DNA from: Tricharina praecox
Taxonomy: Eukaryota
Direction: 5' to 3'
Length of the DNA: 64,000 bases
NCBI RefSeq assembly: GCF_024521635.1
Contig: NW_026250407.1
Coordinates: forward strand, 1,116,001 to 1,180,000
The notes below the pieces were generated by a model. That model was given only the letters and a program-made list of their open reading frames with translations, did not search any database and was not told the origin of the DNA. Positions within the stretch are counted from its first letter, which is position 1. Each line of letters begins with the position of its first letter. Both the position numbers and the translations under genes were made by a program. This document shows, in pieces, positions 37,298 to 48,932 of this stretch.

Positions 37298-37690
37298 TTA
37301 CCTAGTGCTCTTGCTCTTGCTCTTGCTCTTGCTCTTGCTCTTGCTCTTGCTCTTGCTCCAGCCCATAACCATCTCTACAATCGTCTCCTCACTCCTACCT
37401 ACGAGTTCCCCGTCTTCGCTCAACGCACGAGAAAACCGCTCGGCAATCGCCAGTTCGATCCGCTTGCGCATCAGCGTGTTTTCTAGCCGCATAAGCGGCG
37501 AGAGGTTCCCCAGATCTGTTGACCGTGTAATGGTGATCCGACGGAGCCGCGCAGGGGGAATGCGTTTGGCGGGACAGTGATCATCGAGTCGTCCCCGCTT
37601 GCCGCTGGTTATTGTTGTTGGCGCGTTTTTATCAGCGCAGCTCGGACACTGTGGTCCCTTCGGTTCATTCTGGAGATTTGCGGATGCCAT
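37298..37690 (-). CDS. Hypothetical 130-aa protein with microsatellite-encoded (SK)n tail
   Basis: Intact ATG-to-stop ORF with ATCATCATGG start context and a CPSC motif. The tail is encoded by (GCTCTT)n at about 37307-37358. No recognisable family. Confidence 0.3.
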   Translation of the reverse strand: MASANLQNEPKGPQCPSCADKNAPTTITSGKRGRLDDHCPAKRIPPARLRRITITRSTDLGNLSPLMRLENTLMRKRIELAIAERFSRALSEDGELVGRSEETIVEMVMGWSKSKSKSKSKSKSKSKSTR

Positions 37691-38463
37691 GATGATGTGC
37701 TAGGTATTAATTAAGAGCCTGGAGTGGTGAGGTATGGTGGGCGAGCAGGAAGGTGCCTATACGTATCGATGGCAAACCCGTATTCCGCCAGCTGAGACGA
37801 ATTCATTCAACTCCTAATTACTGGCCAAGTACGTGGAAACTTTGAAATGTCGGATTTCTCTGTGGTTCGGATGATATGAGGAAGTTTATTTTTCGAGTGA
37901 CAGTTCATGCAACCAATATGTAGAGCTCGAGTAGGTAGGACCAATTTACACAGTTCAACTTCATTATCTAAGGAGTATTCATCCCATCATTTGTCTCAAC
38001 GAGGTTTTAGACCTTTCGCCGTCGTGAACTACCTACAATCCAGAGAAGTTGTGATTATGTGGTTTTGATGGGGTACCTGGTTTCTTACTATTCGTGCCAA
38101 ATGTATCCGGCTTTTCAACTTCCATTATTATCACTTGAGCCTTAATCTTTATAATAGCAGATATACAGGATTTGAGGACACCACCCCGCAGTCATCACCC
38201 CGCGGCCATCGAGTCCAGTCGATTTTCAAGTCGTCACTCGGATGGGCCTGGATCTTTACGAGTGGCTATCATAGTATGGTTCGATATTGGGGCGCATTTG
38301 ATGCTAGCATTATGGCCACTCGGTCACTCGGTCAAGCTCACAGTGAATCGCTCCTATGTGAGTCCATCTTCCCGGGTCCCAGGAACTGGGTCTACAGGCT
38401 TCAACACTCATCATAATAGTCTTTAAACCCATTCGAAGGTCCATTCTTTACTCACATCGCTAT

Positions 38464-38614
38464 TCACACCACCACCTTGAAGCCAGCGGGCCAGGTATCA
38501 TTAAAGGAATATATTCCATGGTCTGGACTGGCTACTCACACCACCACCTTGAAGCCAACGGGCTATCATTAAAGGTATACACATAATTCCATGCCCTGGA
38601 CTAGTTACTCACAT
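38464..38614. repeat. 72-bp tandem duplication
   Basis: tcacaccaccaccttgaagcca...tatcattaaagg...ttccatg...ctggact occurs at 38464 and 38536. Confidence 0.85.
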
Positions 38615-38984
38615 CATTTGCCAATATGAGTACCCTTAAAGGAGAGTATGTTCATCTTCATTCTACACTTCAGCTAGCCTGAAGATCCTATGCTCCTCCT
38701 TCACACCTCAATCCACTGCGTATATTCCTCCCGTCTTTCTACGCACTTTGGTGAACCTGACAATTCTATCCTCCTCCTCCATTCTTCACACCTCGATCCA
38801 TTACTTTCATCCCTCCCTCCTGCACACCTCAATCTGCTACTTCCATCCCTCCCTTCGTCCCGAACCGCAACCCTCTCTGTCCAAGATGGAAGGAATTTCC
38901 CGAGAATCAAAACAGGTCCTCAGTGAGCAAAGGTGTGCCGATCCTCCCCCCACGATAGCATAGCTGTAGCTAAGGATCGGAATC

Positions 38985-40592
38985 ATGAGCCCTCACCCAC
39001 CACCGATGGAGACTGCGACGTCGCGCATCGGAATGTCTCCTCCAGCGATAAACTTGAGCGATATTACCTTCGGCATCAAGCTCGAGATGGTGACCAGTGT
39101 ATGCTTCTCCGACAAGGAGGGTTTTCGCCGCGATCGCATCCGCCTGGCCCTCGTAAACATTCTTAGTGGTTTAAACAGGATCGAAGCGGACCTCACACAT
39201 CCTATCCCTGACGAAGTCGACCAAGATAACGAGGAAGAAGAAGAAGAGGAAGATGATGGGTATGTCAGCCACGAAAACGATGATAATGAGAATGGCAACG
39301 ACAATGAAGAAGACGACGACTACGAAGGATCCAATTACAAAACGTGGGGCGTGTGTTTTGATAGCTCCGTCTACGAGGAGACCGAGGAGACCTTCAAACG
39401 ATATCCCCAGCTGCCAAACCTCGCTAGGATATATGAGGACAGTGACCGGTTGCTTTTTGACCAGTCGTGTCACATGTTCGTTGAATACGACGGTGTCGAG
39501 GTCATTTCGCGGGTATTCAAGCTCGTGGAGACCAAGGTCTGGACAGAGCACATACGCAAGGCCCTACACGGTCTTCAACGGGGCCCGGTAGTCAACGGAA
39601 CCCCCGAATTGTCCGGATACCACGTACACATCGGATTGGGAGGCGGCAGATATACGTTCGAGTGATGAGGAAGATCGCCGCTACGGTTACACTATCGGAA
39701 ACCCTCATTTACGCCTTCCATGCGCCACACAGACGAGACGAACAATTGCAGATACGAACCATCATCCGGAGGGGAGTGTTTCAGGGACTCTCACGGGAAG
39801 CGATCTTTGATAAGATCATGGGCGCCGCCGATTATGACGATCATCAGCGGTGACATTATCCCCAGATACGGTGAACCTTGCAACGTATATGGCCGGGCCT
39901 ATAAGGTCAACTTTACAAATCTGAACGAGGAAGATGTGAAGGGAACCATCGAGTTCCGTCAGCACGAGGGGGCTCTCGATCCCATAGCTATCGAGATGTG
40001 GATTCAGTTTACGGGGCTATTGGTCCTTAATGCTGCCAATCTGCCCATTAAAAGCCTGAGATATATCCTTGTTTCGTGTTGTTCGAAGTCGGGTGTTTTA
40101 AACCCCAGACACTTCGTAAAAACATTCATTCCGGATTGCAAGGTGGCTACATATACTACCTTACGAAGATCGGCTTTATTCCGTATCTGCTGTCTACTAC
40201 ACCGTCCGCGCCTGTATCCTCGATCTGAGTGGTGATTTGTTGGGAGGCTACATGAGCTTGTGCTAGCTACTTCTTGTTGTTCGGTTTTCTTGAAATTGCT
40301 GTTCGATATCCGCTTGAGTTTCGACATCTGCTATGTAGGCAAATTTACAGCAGTGGAGTCTAGATGCGTTCGACGTTGGGTGTTCTGTTCTGTCTAATGG
40401 ATGATGATAAACCAATTCCGAGTTGTCTTAGGACTTAGTGATTTCACAGAAAGCAAGTGGAAGGAAGCCAAGGCATGGGCTGACAGCAAATTCTCTCACA
40501 GGAAGTATCGGTACAGCCGGAAACCTGGCCAAAAACCTGACCCAATCCCAGCGATAGCCCCAAGCGCCTGGCCTCAAGGTTCTACCAACTGA
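38985..40592 (+). pseudogene. Putative amidoligase (Amidoligase_2 / COOH-NH2 ligase family), frameshifted
   Basis: Family motifs appear in order across shifted reading frames: TFGIKLEM, WGVCFDSSV, GVEVISRVF, SGYHVHIG, KVNFTNL, GTIEFRQHEGALD, WIQF. Frameshifts at about 39661 and about 39840, with no intron signals at either. Confidence 0.75.
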
Positions 40593-40646
40593 AGACAGGG
40601 CACTGCCTTACCGGCCAGTATCTCCAATGGACGAAGAACCACCCCA

Positions 40647-41019
40647 ATGCCCGCTGCGGAAGATACAGCCAGCGAGGTGTCCGAGTGGGAGCTGAGGGAG
40701 CGGGAAGAGAGGGAGATGCTGCGGCGGCTCGAGGAGGAGGGGGCTTCCGAGGGAGGCGACGGCGTGGATTAGGGTCTCATGGAGGGGGAGGAGTACGGAC
40801 GAGCCCAGGGAGCGGATGGTGTCTTTTCCTATATAGTGTTACTTCTTTGGTGCGCTCTATCTTCATTTCTGAGACAGGCCGGGGCGGAGGGAAAGCCACA
40901 TCGGGCCGCTCGGTGAAAGTCGAGTCGGACAGTGGCGTGAAAACGGGGAGGGGGTGTACGGGTAGACATTGCCATGATTTCGACAGATTGCATGTAATCA
41001 ATGATTAAACCAAAAAAAA
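40647..41019 (+). mobile_element. 3' end fragment of a non-LTR (LINE) retrotransposon
   Basis: Encodes an acidic/basic tail PAAEDTASEVSEWELREREERE. Its 3' UTR aligns with 52900-53110 (gggccg, ggacagtgg, ttg(c/t)catgat) and both end in aatgattaaac plus an A-rich tail. Confidence 0.7.
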
Positions 41020-41671
41020 GGACTTGGTGATATTGTGATGTCGGAAGCACTCTGGGAATAGACTCCGAGGTGAGATTAGATGCCGGGTCGGCAATGCGCT
41101 AAATTCTGACGCCGTCGTCTGTTCAAAAATTGCTAGTCCGAAGCTGCGTTTACACCAGCATCACGAACTCGTGCCCTCACCATGCGTTCTTCCCGTATCT
41201 CCAATTCTTGGTTATACTTTGTTTCTCGAAACTCATACTTATCCGCACAAATTCTACGTTAATTGGCGTCGATTGTAATGTAATATCTCAGCCGTCTGCT
41301 TAGTTGAGGTAGAAGCACGGGCTTTTACCCCCCATTTCCTACACTGTCGAGACTCTCTATCTCCTATAGACACGATACTATACATCTCAACCATCATATT
41401 CTTCATCATTTCCAACAGATTGCGAGCCCGAGTCACCGAGTGCTAGACCATGTGTTGTGTGGGGTAAGCTAGTGCTGTGAGTTAGGGCAAACCCTCCCGC
41501 CCACAAAGCGTTTGGTTACTGCGCTTTCCGTTTTTAGCGGGGTTTGGCAATTGGCCCCACGAACACATTGAGAATTCCACAACCCAGGCCGACTCAGATC
41601 AACGAAATTACGACAGCCCCGACGCCCGCGCCCTCCCCGACAAACACCGACAACCGCGCCGCCTCGACACG

Positions 41672-42683
41672 ATGAAGTACATTCACAGCAGCGAGACTCT
41701 GACAGTCCCCGAGGGCGGTGAGTTTCCCCGAGTTCTCTCAGTCGCGATTTGTGTTCGATGGGCGAAGTGCGGATTATCGGAGGAGAGCGCGAGGAAGAGC
41801 TAGGGAAATTCTGAAAGAGGTGGGAAATTTGGGTGTATATGGTGCAGAGAGAACGTGTGATATGTTCTTGCGGGGATAAGGAGCTATTGGAGACGAATAG
41901 TGAACGAGTGCTGGAGCTGGGTGCTGACGGAATGTCGAATTTCACAGTCTCCGTTTCTATCAAGTCTCGGATCGTCACCGTCATCGGACCCCGCGGCAAG
42001 CTCGTGAAGGACCTCAAGCACCTTGCTGTTTCGTTCGTTCCTAAGGGCCCCAACACCATCAGCATCGAGCTCCACCACGGTGTCCGAAAGAATGTTGCCG
42101 CCCTTCGCACTGTCAAGTCGCTCATCCAGAACTTGATCACCGGTGTCACCAAGGGATACAAGTACAAGATGCGTTACGTGTACGCCCATTTCCCCATCAA
42201 TGTCAACATTGAGGAGAACCAGGCGACTGGAACCTCCCAGGTCGAGATCCGGTAAGCAAATATAGATGGGATACGGAGGGCTTGCAGGAGTTTGGAAAGC
42301 AGTTCGCCAACACATGACATGCTTCTGACCTCCTGCATCAACCTTCCGCCCGCATTCCAAAAGCCGGAGGATGTCGAACTAACAGATGGATAGCAACTTC
42401 TTGGGTGAGAAGATCGTCCGTCGCATCACCATGTTGCCCGGTGTGACTATCGAGACCTCCGCCAACGTCAAGGATGAGATTGTCCTGTTCGGCAACTCCC
42501 TCGAGAACGTGTCCCAGTCGGCCGCAGATATCCAGCAGATCTGCAGAGTGAGGAACAAGGATATCCGAAAGGTTGGTTCCCGTCGGCAACAAACTTCACC
42601 ACCTATCACAATGCTGACTATGTCACCAATAGTTCTTGGACGGTCTGTACGTGTCGGAGCGTGGCAACATCGAGGAGGCTTAA
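41672..42683 (+). CDS. RPL9: 60S ribosomal protein L9 (uL6), 4 exons
   Basis: [34 protein letters not shown]...[15 protein letters not shown].../NFLGEK...[22 protein letters not shown]. Confidence 0.98.
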
Positions 42684-43430
42684 ACAAAAGTGGATTCTTC
42701 TCTTTCGTTTGGGAGTTCGCGATTTTTTTTTCTCGGTGACATTTCGCAATGATAATTAAAGAAACTCTGCGAAATGAGACTGTCATCGACACCATGATGG
42801 GCATCATAAGCTGAAGCGTGACTGCCGAGGAAACTGTATTTGAGCTGCCATCCGGATGTACATATCTCCACCCGTCAATCTTGCGGCTTTCATTAAAGCC
42901 GCTCCCGCGCGTATCTCAAGTGATTATGTATAATACCTAATACTTCTGCTCGTGATTCTCTCGCTCCATACGAACCCACTCGGCCGACTCTGAAAGTCCG
43001 TCCCAGCCGGACCTTAGTTCTCGATAATGTGATCAAACGAATCAACTGCCATGATGACTGCTAACCGTACTCGTCATCGATACACAAAGTCATCACTAAT
43101 TGAATTTCACTCGCCTACAGCGGCAGCTTCATCGATTAAACGCGGGTATCACCAAATATACTCCACATCCCTTTACAGCCGAAACTCGCAGCCTGCAGTC
43201 TCCATCCGGCTCCAGTCCAAGGCCAAGTTGCATCATAACCCATCACTTCACCCCGCTCCTCCCCACCCAATCGGCGCCAGTGATCACCCACCGTGTCTTG
43301 GCGCCAAACCCTCCACTTCCCACCACTCATACAACAACCGAACCTCACCCTCACCAACCAACCTCTACCCAACCCAACGCCCACGCCCACGCACGACCAC
43401 GCACATCACCGCCATCAACAACACGACACA

Positions 43431-43868
43431 ATGCCGCTCCTCCGACCCCCACCCGCGCTCTCGCAGCTCTCGCGGATCTCCGTCCCCCGCCGCAACATGT
43501 CGAGCGACCACGCACACGCCCACGAGTCGCCGTACGACCAGCCGTCCGGCTGGTTCTTGAACCAGGACCCGTCTGCGCCGGCAAAGAAGGAGGGCTGGGA
43601 AGGCATCATGTACTGGGGGTTCTTTGGGAGCTTGGTCGTGGCGTCCATCGCGTACGCCTACAAGCCCGATACCAGGTGAGTCCTAGCAATCCCGCACACG
43701 TCTGTTCCGAAAGGGGTCGGGTCGGGGGCTGACGGCGGTGCGACCGGCAGTATTCAAACTTGGGCGCTGGAGGAGGCGAGGAGGAGGCTTGAGGTCGAGG
43801 GTATCGTCCCTGACTCGACGAAGAAGATTGCTATCACGGAGCAGTTGAAGACTGTTAGTGGCAAGTAG
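43431..43868 (+). CDS. Complex I accessory subunit ESSS (NDUFB11/NESM), 2 exons
   Basis: Presequence, then YDQPSGWF...KKEGWE...YWGFFGSL...AYAYKPDT/SIQTWALEEARRRLE. Confidence 0.9.
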
Positions 43869-44480
43869 GGTTCGATATACCTACCGCTACGGTCGGCTTT
43901 CTTGGTGGGGTTGGGTGGGGTTTCCTTTCTGCGTTGGTCGTTTTTTTGCGGGCTACCTACTGCTGCTGCTTGCTACTGTATAGACATTCGAAGATGGGGA
44001 TGGTAACGGAATGTACTTTTTTTTTTGCTTGCGAGGTGTGATTTCGTTTCGTGGTTCGGGAAGGGGTGTAAATGATGTCACTTATTTTATTTTACGAAAT
44101 CTCGGGTACGTTTCCGATGTCAGTTCGGCAGAGGGACCAGAAGAAGCCCTCAGATCAACACCTATCTGGATTCTAGATATATCCCATTCATCTCATCATA
44201 ACGGCAGCAGAATTCAACATGCAGGCAACCCGAAATCTAAACACCCCAGCCATACAAACAAAGCCATGAAGAGAAAGAAAAAAAACGAAACACAGGAAAG
44301 AAAACAGAAGCAAGAAAACAGCAGAAATGACATCTAGAACAATTCTACAGCGTACACGACTCATCCAAACCACAAGACTCCCACCACACCCAATTACCTG
44401 CCATGCGGATAGCGCCATGTGTGTTCAAACGAACAGAATGACGGGCGACCTATTTGCCACTGCTCATAGTCGGGTTCAAA

Positions 44481-45867
44481 CTATGAAGACGACAATTTGA
44501 CGGGGTAACTGGAGAGTGGGTGTGGTTAGCTCGAGTAGACTAAGCGATAGATGGGGGGAACTTGAACTCACCTCCACTCGCTTTCGATATCGCCGTATTG
44601 CCTCTCGGCCATCCACTTCCATATGCGCTCAGCGATGGGACCGGCCTCCTTTCCTTCAGGCAAGGGAACCATGATGTCCTTCTGGGTACCACCAACGCCG
44701 CCATCCCAAGCGATTCTACGAACAGGGGAAACGACAGCGGCAGTTCCAGCACCGAAAGCCTCGAGTAACCGCCCCTCGTCAGCAGCGTCGGCCATCTCCT
44801 TGATGGTGTACTTCCTCTCCGACACCTGCCAGCCCTCCTTCGTCAAGAACTCCCTAGCCAGAGCAAGAATAGAATCACGAGTGACACCCTCGAGGATGGT
44901 TCCATCAAGCGGCGCAGTGATGATCTCCTTGACTCCCTCCTTGTTCACCCAGCAGGTGAAGAGGTTCATAGTGCCAACCTCGGTGACATATCCCTCCTCA
45001 CCGAACAACCAGAGGTTCTGCTGGAACCCACGCTTGGCGGCCTCCTGTTGCGGGAGGATACACGGCGCGTAGTTACCGCCGAGCTTCTTGTCTCCAGTTC
45101 CTCCGGGCCAGGCACGGACGTAGTTGCTTGTCGCCTCGAGGCTGACGGCCTTGAAGCCGGAGGGGTAGTAAGGGCCGACAGGCGAGGCGATCACGAAGAA
45201 CAGCGCACTGCCGGGTGGGCCAACACCCAGGGTCCTCTGCGTTCCAATCATCGTGGGACGGAGGTAAAGCGAGTACCCGCGGGTCTTGGGCACGAACTTC
45301 TCCTCGAGTGCGACGAACTTGGAGATACAATCGACCATCGCATCGGAGTCGAAGCCGGGCAGGGCAATGCGCGCCGACGAATTGCTGAGGCGCGCCATGT
45401 TCTTGTGTGGGCGGAACAGGCGGATCTTGCCGGAAGCCGTGCGGTACGCTTTCATGCCCTCGAAGCAGCTGAAACCGTAGTGGAAGACGCAGGTGGCGGG
45501 GTCGAGAGAGAGGTTCTGGTAAGGGGTGATGCGGGGTGCAGCCCAGCCATCGTTCGCAGTCCATTCAACCGAGAGCATGTGGTCTGCACAACATCGTTAG
45601 AATCGCGTACAGCATCCATTGACCGCGACACATGTGGTGGTGCTGTTGGGTCTCAGGGGTGCAACACGTACCGGTGAAGGTGCGTCCGAAGACCAGATCC
45701 TCCTCCTTCATAAGCTCGCTTGGGGTCGACGTGCGCTGGATGACCAGTTTGGACGGGTCGACACCCGCGAGCTGCGGAGCTTGGACGCTGTATGCGCGGA
45801 TCGCAGTGGAGCGTGCGGCCATCAGCGGCCTGCTGGCCCCGCGCAAAAACATGGTTGGACGCAGCAT
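44481..45867 (-). CDS. BAT1: Branched-chain amino acid aminotransferase with mitochondrial presequence, 3 exons
   Basis: LVFGRTFT/DHMLSVEW...FHYGFSCFEGMKAY...LYLRPT...KLGGNY...TEVGTMN...ILEGVTR...GAGTAAVVSP. The last exon ends SYPVKLSSS*. Confidence 0.96.
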
Positions 45868-46968
45868 CGCGGTGGGGTGTGGGTAGAGGTAATGAGGGTT
45901 GGAGGAGGAAAAGAAAAACGGAGAAGGATAGTGAGGTGAGAGAGGGAGGATGGGCGGAGGTTATGAAGGGTCCAAAGCACCACAAAGCTGGAGTGCTAGA
46001 CTCACGGTGGACGGAGCTTGATGATGGGGGAGTACGTGGGATGAATTCTCGCACGAGATTGCCCACCGTAAGTCTCCGATGGGATGCCAATTAGCCGACT
46101 GCTTTCTTTATCCTTTCTAGTTACAACTGCCAATGGCAATTGAATTACTGGCTATCGATCCCGCCGACCAAATGATGTTCTATTTGCTCGTTGGGGGATC
46201 TCCTGCCGTGTCTTTTCGATATCTTTTCGAATCTTTTCTCGGAACAAGCTTTGCACGGTGGTGGTGGTGACCTGCATACCAAACCCGCCTACCAGTCCCC
46301 TCTCGGCCATGCGATAATCATGTTTTTACCCCACGAGAAGTTAGACTCCAGAGGAGACATCACCGCCGCACCTCCCCCGGATCTCCGCAGCTCCACCCCG
46401 CGTGCCCCGCTAAGTGCCGATACGTACATCGCACTTTCCATTGTCCGCCAACCGCCGGTCAGCATATCTCCGTCTCCCGCTTCGCCTCGCCTACAGATTT
46501 ATTCGTTACCACCCAGCAGAAACCCAAGGCCATGAACACCCCGTCGTATTATTGATCTCGGCCAGTCCCCGATCCTTCGGCCCTAAAAAAACCCCAACCT
46601 ACGCTCGCGACTCTGTTAAGTCCATCTTGACACTTTACTCTGCACAGAGGTCGGTCCAAACCATGTCCAAGACTGCTCTCGTGCTCACGAAGTCGAGGCA
46701 GATCCAACCCACAAGCTTCAGGCAACAGAATGGATAGCTGGCCGGCAGGAGAGGGAGGGGTCCGGTAGAATCAGCACTCAATTGAACCACAAACAATCGG
46801 AGCAAACATTCTGGCGGACTGAACCCGTACCCGTAGCCAACTCCGTTCTGTTCCGTGGCATCACCTCGGACTGGTGCTAACGTACCGACAGGAGGTTTCT
46901 CTTCTAAGTGCGCCGCCGCCGCCTCTGCAACCACCGACTATTGAGATTTCATATTCCTGTTGGCTCGA

Positions 46969-48533
46969 ATGTATGCGGCGGCGGCTGGTATTTCTCGCCC
47001 CGTGCTGGCGTCAATTGGTCGCCACCACTACTGGATCTGCGCCGGCACCAGGGGCCGGAGGTTCTTTTGGAGTAGAGATGAGGACGAGGATGGAAGGGAC
47101 ATATTCGGACTGCCACTGGCGCATCGACCAGGAATTACTCGTTCGAAGTTTGGTAGCAGTCTATGTTAGTCCTCCCATTGCGCAGCCGTGCTTTCCCATT
47201 TACTAACAAACATCCAGATGACCCCGAGGGCTTCCCCCAAATCCCGCGCATAGAGCATCCCCGCAGCGTGCCCTTCAGTAAGATCAAAATTGGATGCTGG
47301 TACGAATGCATCGCAGTCGACCACGAAGTCGACAAGCTGGCGGCGATCCGCCTCAATCGCCGACTGAAAGAAGTGCCTGGTTACCTCCGCTCCCTCAAAC
47401 CGCACCGTGTCCTTGTCCTCGGTCTTATACCCGAGTTCCAGATCGTCCGTTTTGCTCACGCTACACGGTTCGGCAGCAACGCTACGCCGATAAACTTCGT
47501 CGAGGGTAGGGGATGGAATCCCGTCGAAGGACGTCGTTTCATCCCTGTGGGGAACGTTCCTCACTACTGCGACGACATGATCCGCTTCCCGACCTCCCAC
47601 TTCGTCGTGCACGGCTACATCAAAATCGACTGCGTCTTGACCACCCAGTACCAAACCGAACACGAAGACTTGGAGCTGAAATATCTACCGGACGCATACC
47701 CACTTAACAACGTCACTGGAAACCCATACTTCCCTGGGCACGACGGAATGCGCGACATCACCTCTCCGCTGTGGTCACTGAGCTATCTAAAGGACCTGTC
47801 CCGCACTTGGTCCGAGGCAATGTACACGGGCAAAGGCTACGACGAGGGCCTGAAGGACTGGAAGCGTGCGTTGCATATGTTGACACGGTACTACCGTCGA
47901 TACGGTAGTGGTGCCGTACCACTAAGACGTCTGGATGACCTGCAAGAGAGCGAGAGGGTGACGCTTTCTCTCGCCGGGGAGACGATTCCAGCGGATAGAA
48001 GGCAGAAAGTCGGTGCGAGAAAGAAGGTACAGGGACTTACGCAGGAGAAGAGGAGGATTGAAGTGGTGGAGAAGAAGGAGGCAGTGAAACGGAGTATCAT
48101 TGCCGCTTCAAAGGCGCCGGTCGAAGTGAAACCGGCCACTTCGATGGTGCCGGGGAAACAAAAACAAAAACAAAAGCCCGCGGTCAGTGCGAGCGCGCCG
48201 TCGCGGCCAAATACTCTCCCTACTTGGGGAGTCGCAACCACGGTCAAATGGCAGCTGCCGGCCAAATTGGCCAAATTGATTCGGAAACCGGAAACAAAGA
48301 GGACGGCGACACCACCGAAAAAACCGCCCGTTGTTAAGAAGAAACTAGAGGTGAAGACTACGAAGGTAATCAAGCCTACCGTGGTTGCACCGGTGGTCGC
48401 AGTCGCAGCGATAGTGCCTCCTCCTCCTCTTCATCTTGATGAACCGGTACATGCCATAGAGCAGGAGCTCGAGGAGGATATCACCTTTGGATATGTATCG
48501 CCGACCAGTTATGACAGCGATGATGGATGGTAG
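46969..48533 (+). CDS. Hypothetical protein: presequence-like N-terminus, globular core, Lys/Pro/Val-rich tail
   Basis: Exon 1 MYAAAAGISRPVLASIGRHHYWICAGTRGRRFFWSRDEDED...SKF joins in frame via an intron (GTAGCA...CTAAC...CAG, about 47153-47217) to the long ORF ending at 48533. Core codon usage looks coding. Confidence 0.7.
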
Positions 48534-48932
48534 GAAGCGGCAGGAGGGATGAGAGGAGCTCATGGGGAATGGCGTTCTTGGTTTCTAATCGCTCTTGAAT
48601 CCTCGATTGAAGACCGCCTTCTTAGGCGCATTGTACATTAGTCGTGAATAATGAATAATGCAGATGTTGTACTCACTAGCTGCCGAAGTACCGGTGGTAC
48701 ATCTCTAGACGTCGGTCAAGCATGTGGTGTTTCACAAGGCAGTGAGGGTTACTTTTCTTAGTCGTGGCCGCGAGGAGCATTGCGGCTGAGCTAGATACCT
48801 GTACACTCCATGCAAGCTCATAAAGTAACGCTTCAGGGAAGCAAGTAGAGTAAGACCGCCCCCCACCAACAGCCACATCTCCCTTTGCCCGTGCTCGTTC
48901 GACATCCCATTTCTCTGGCCAACACTCGAATC

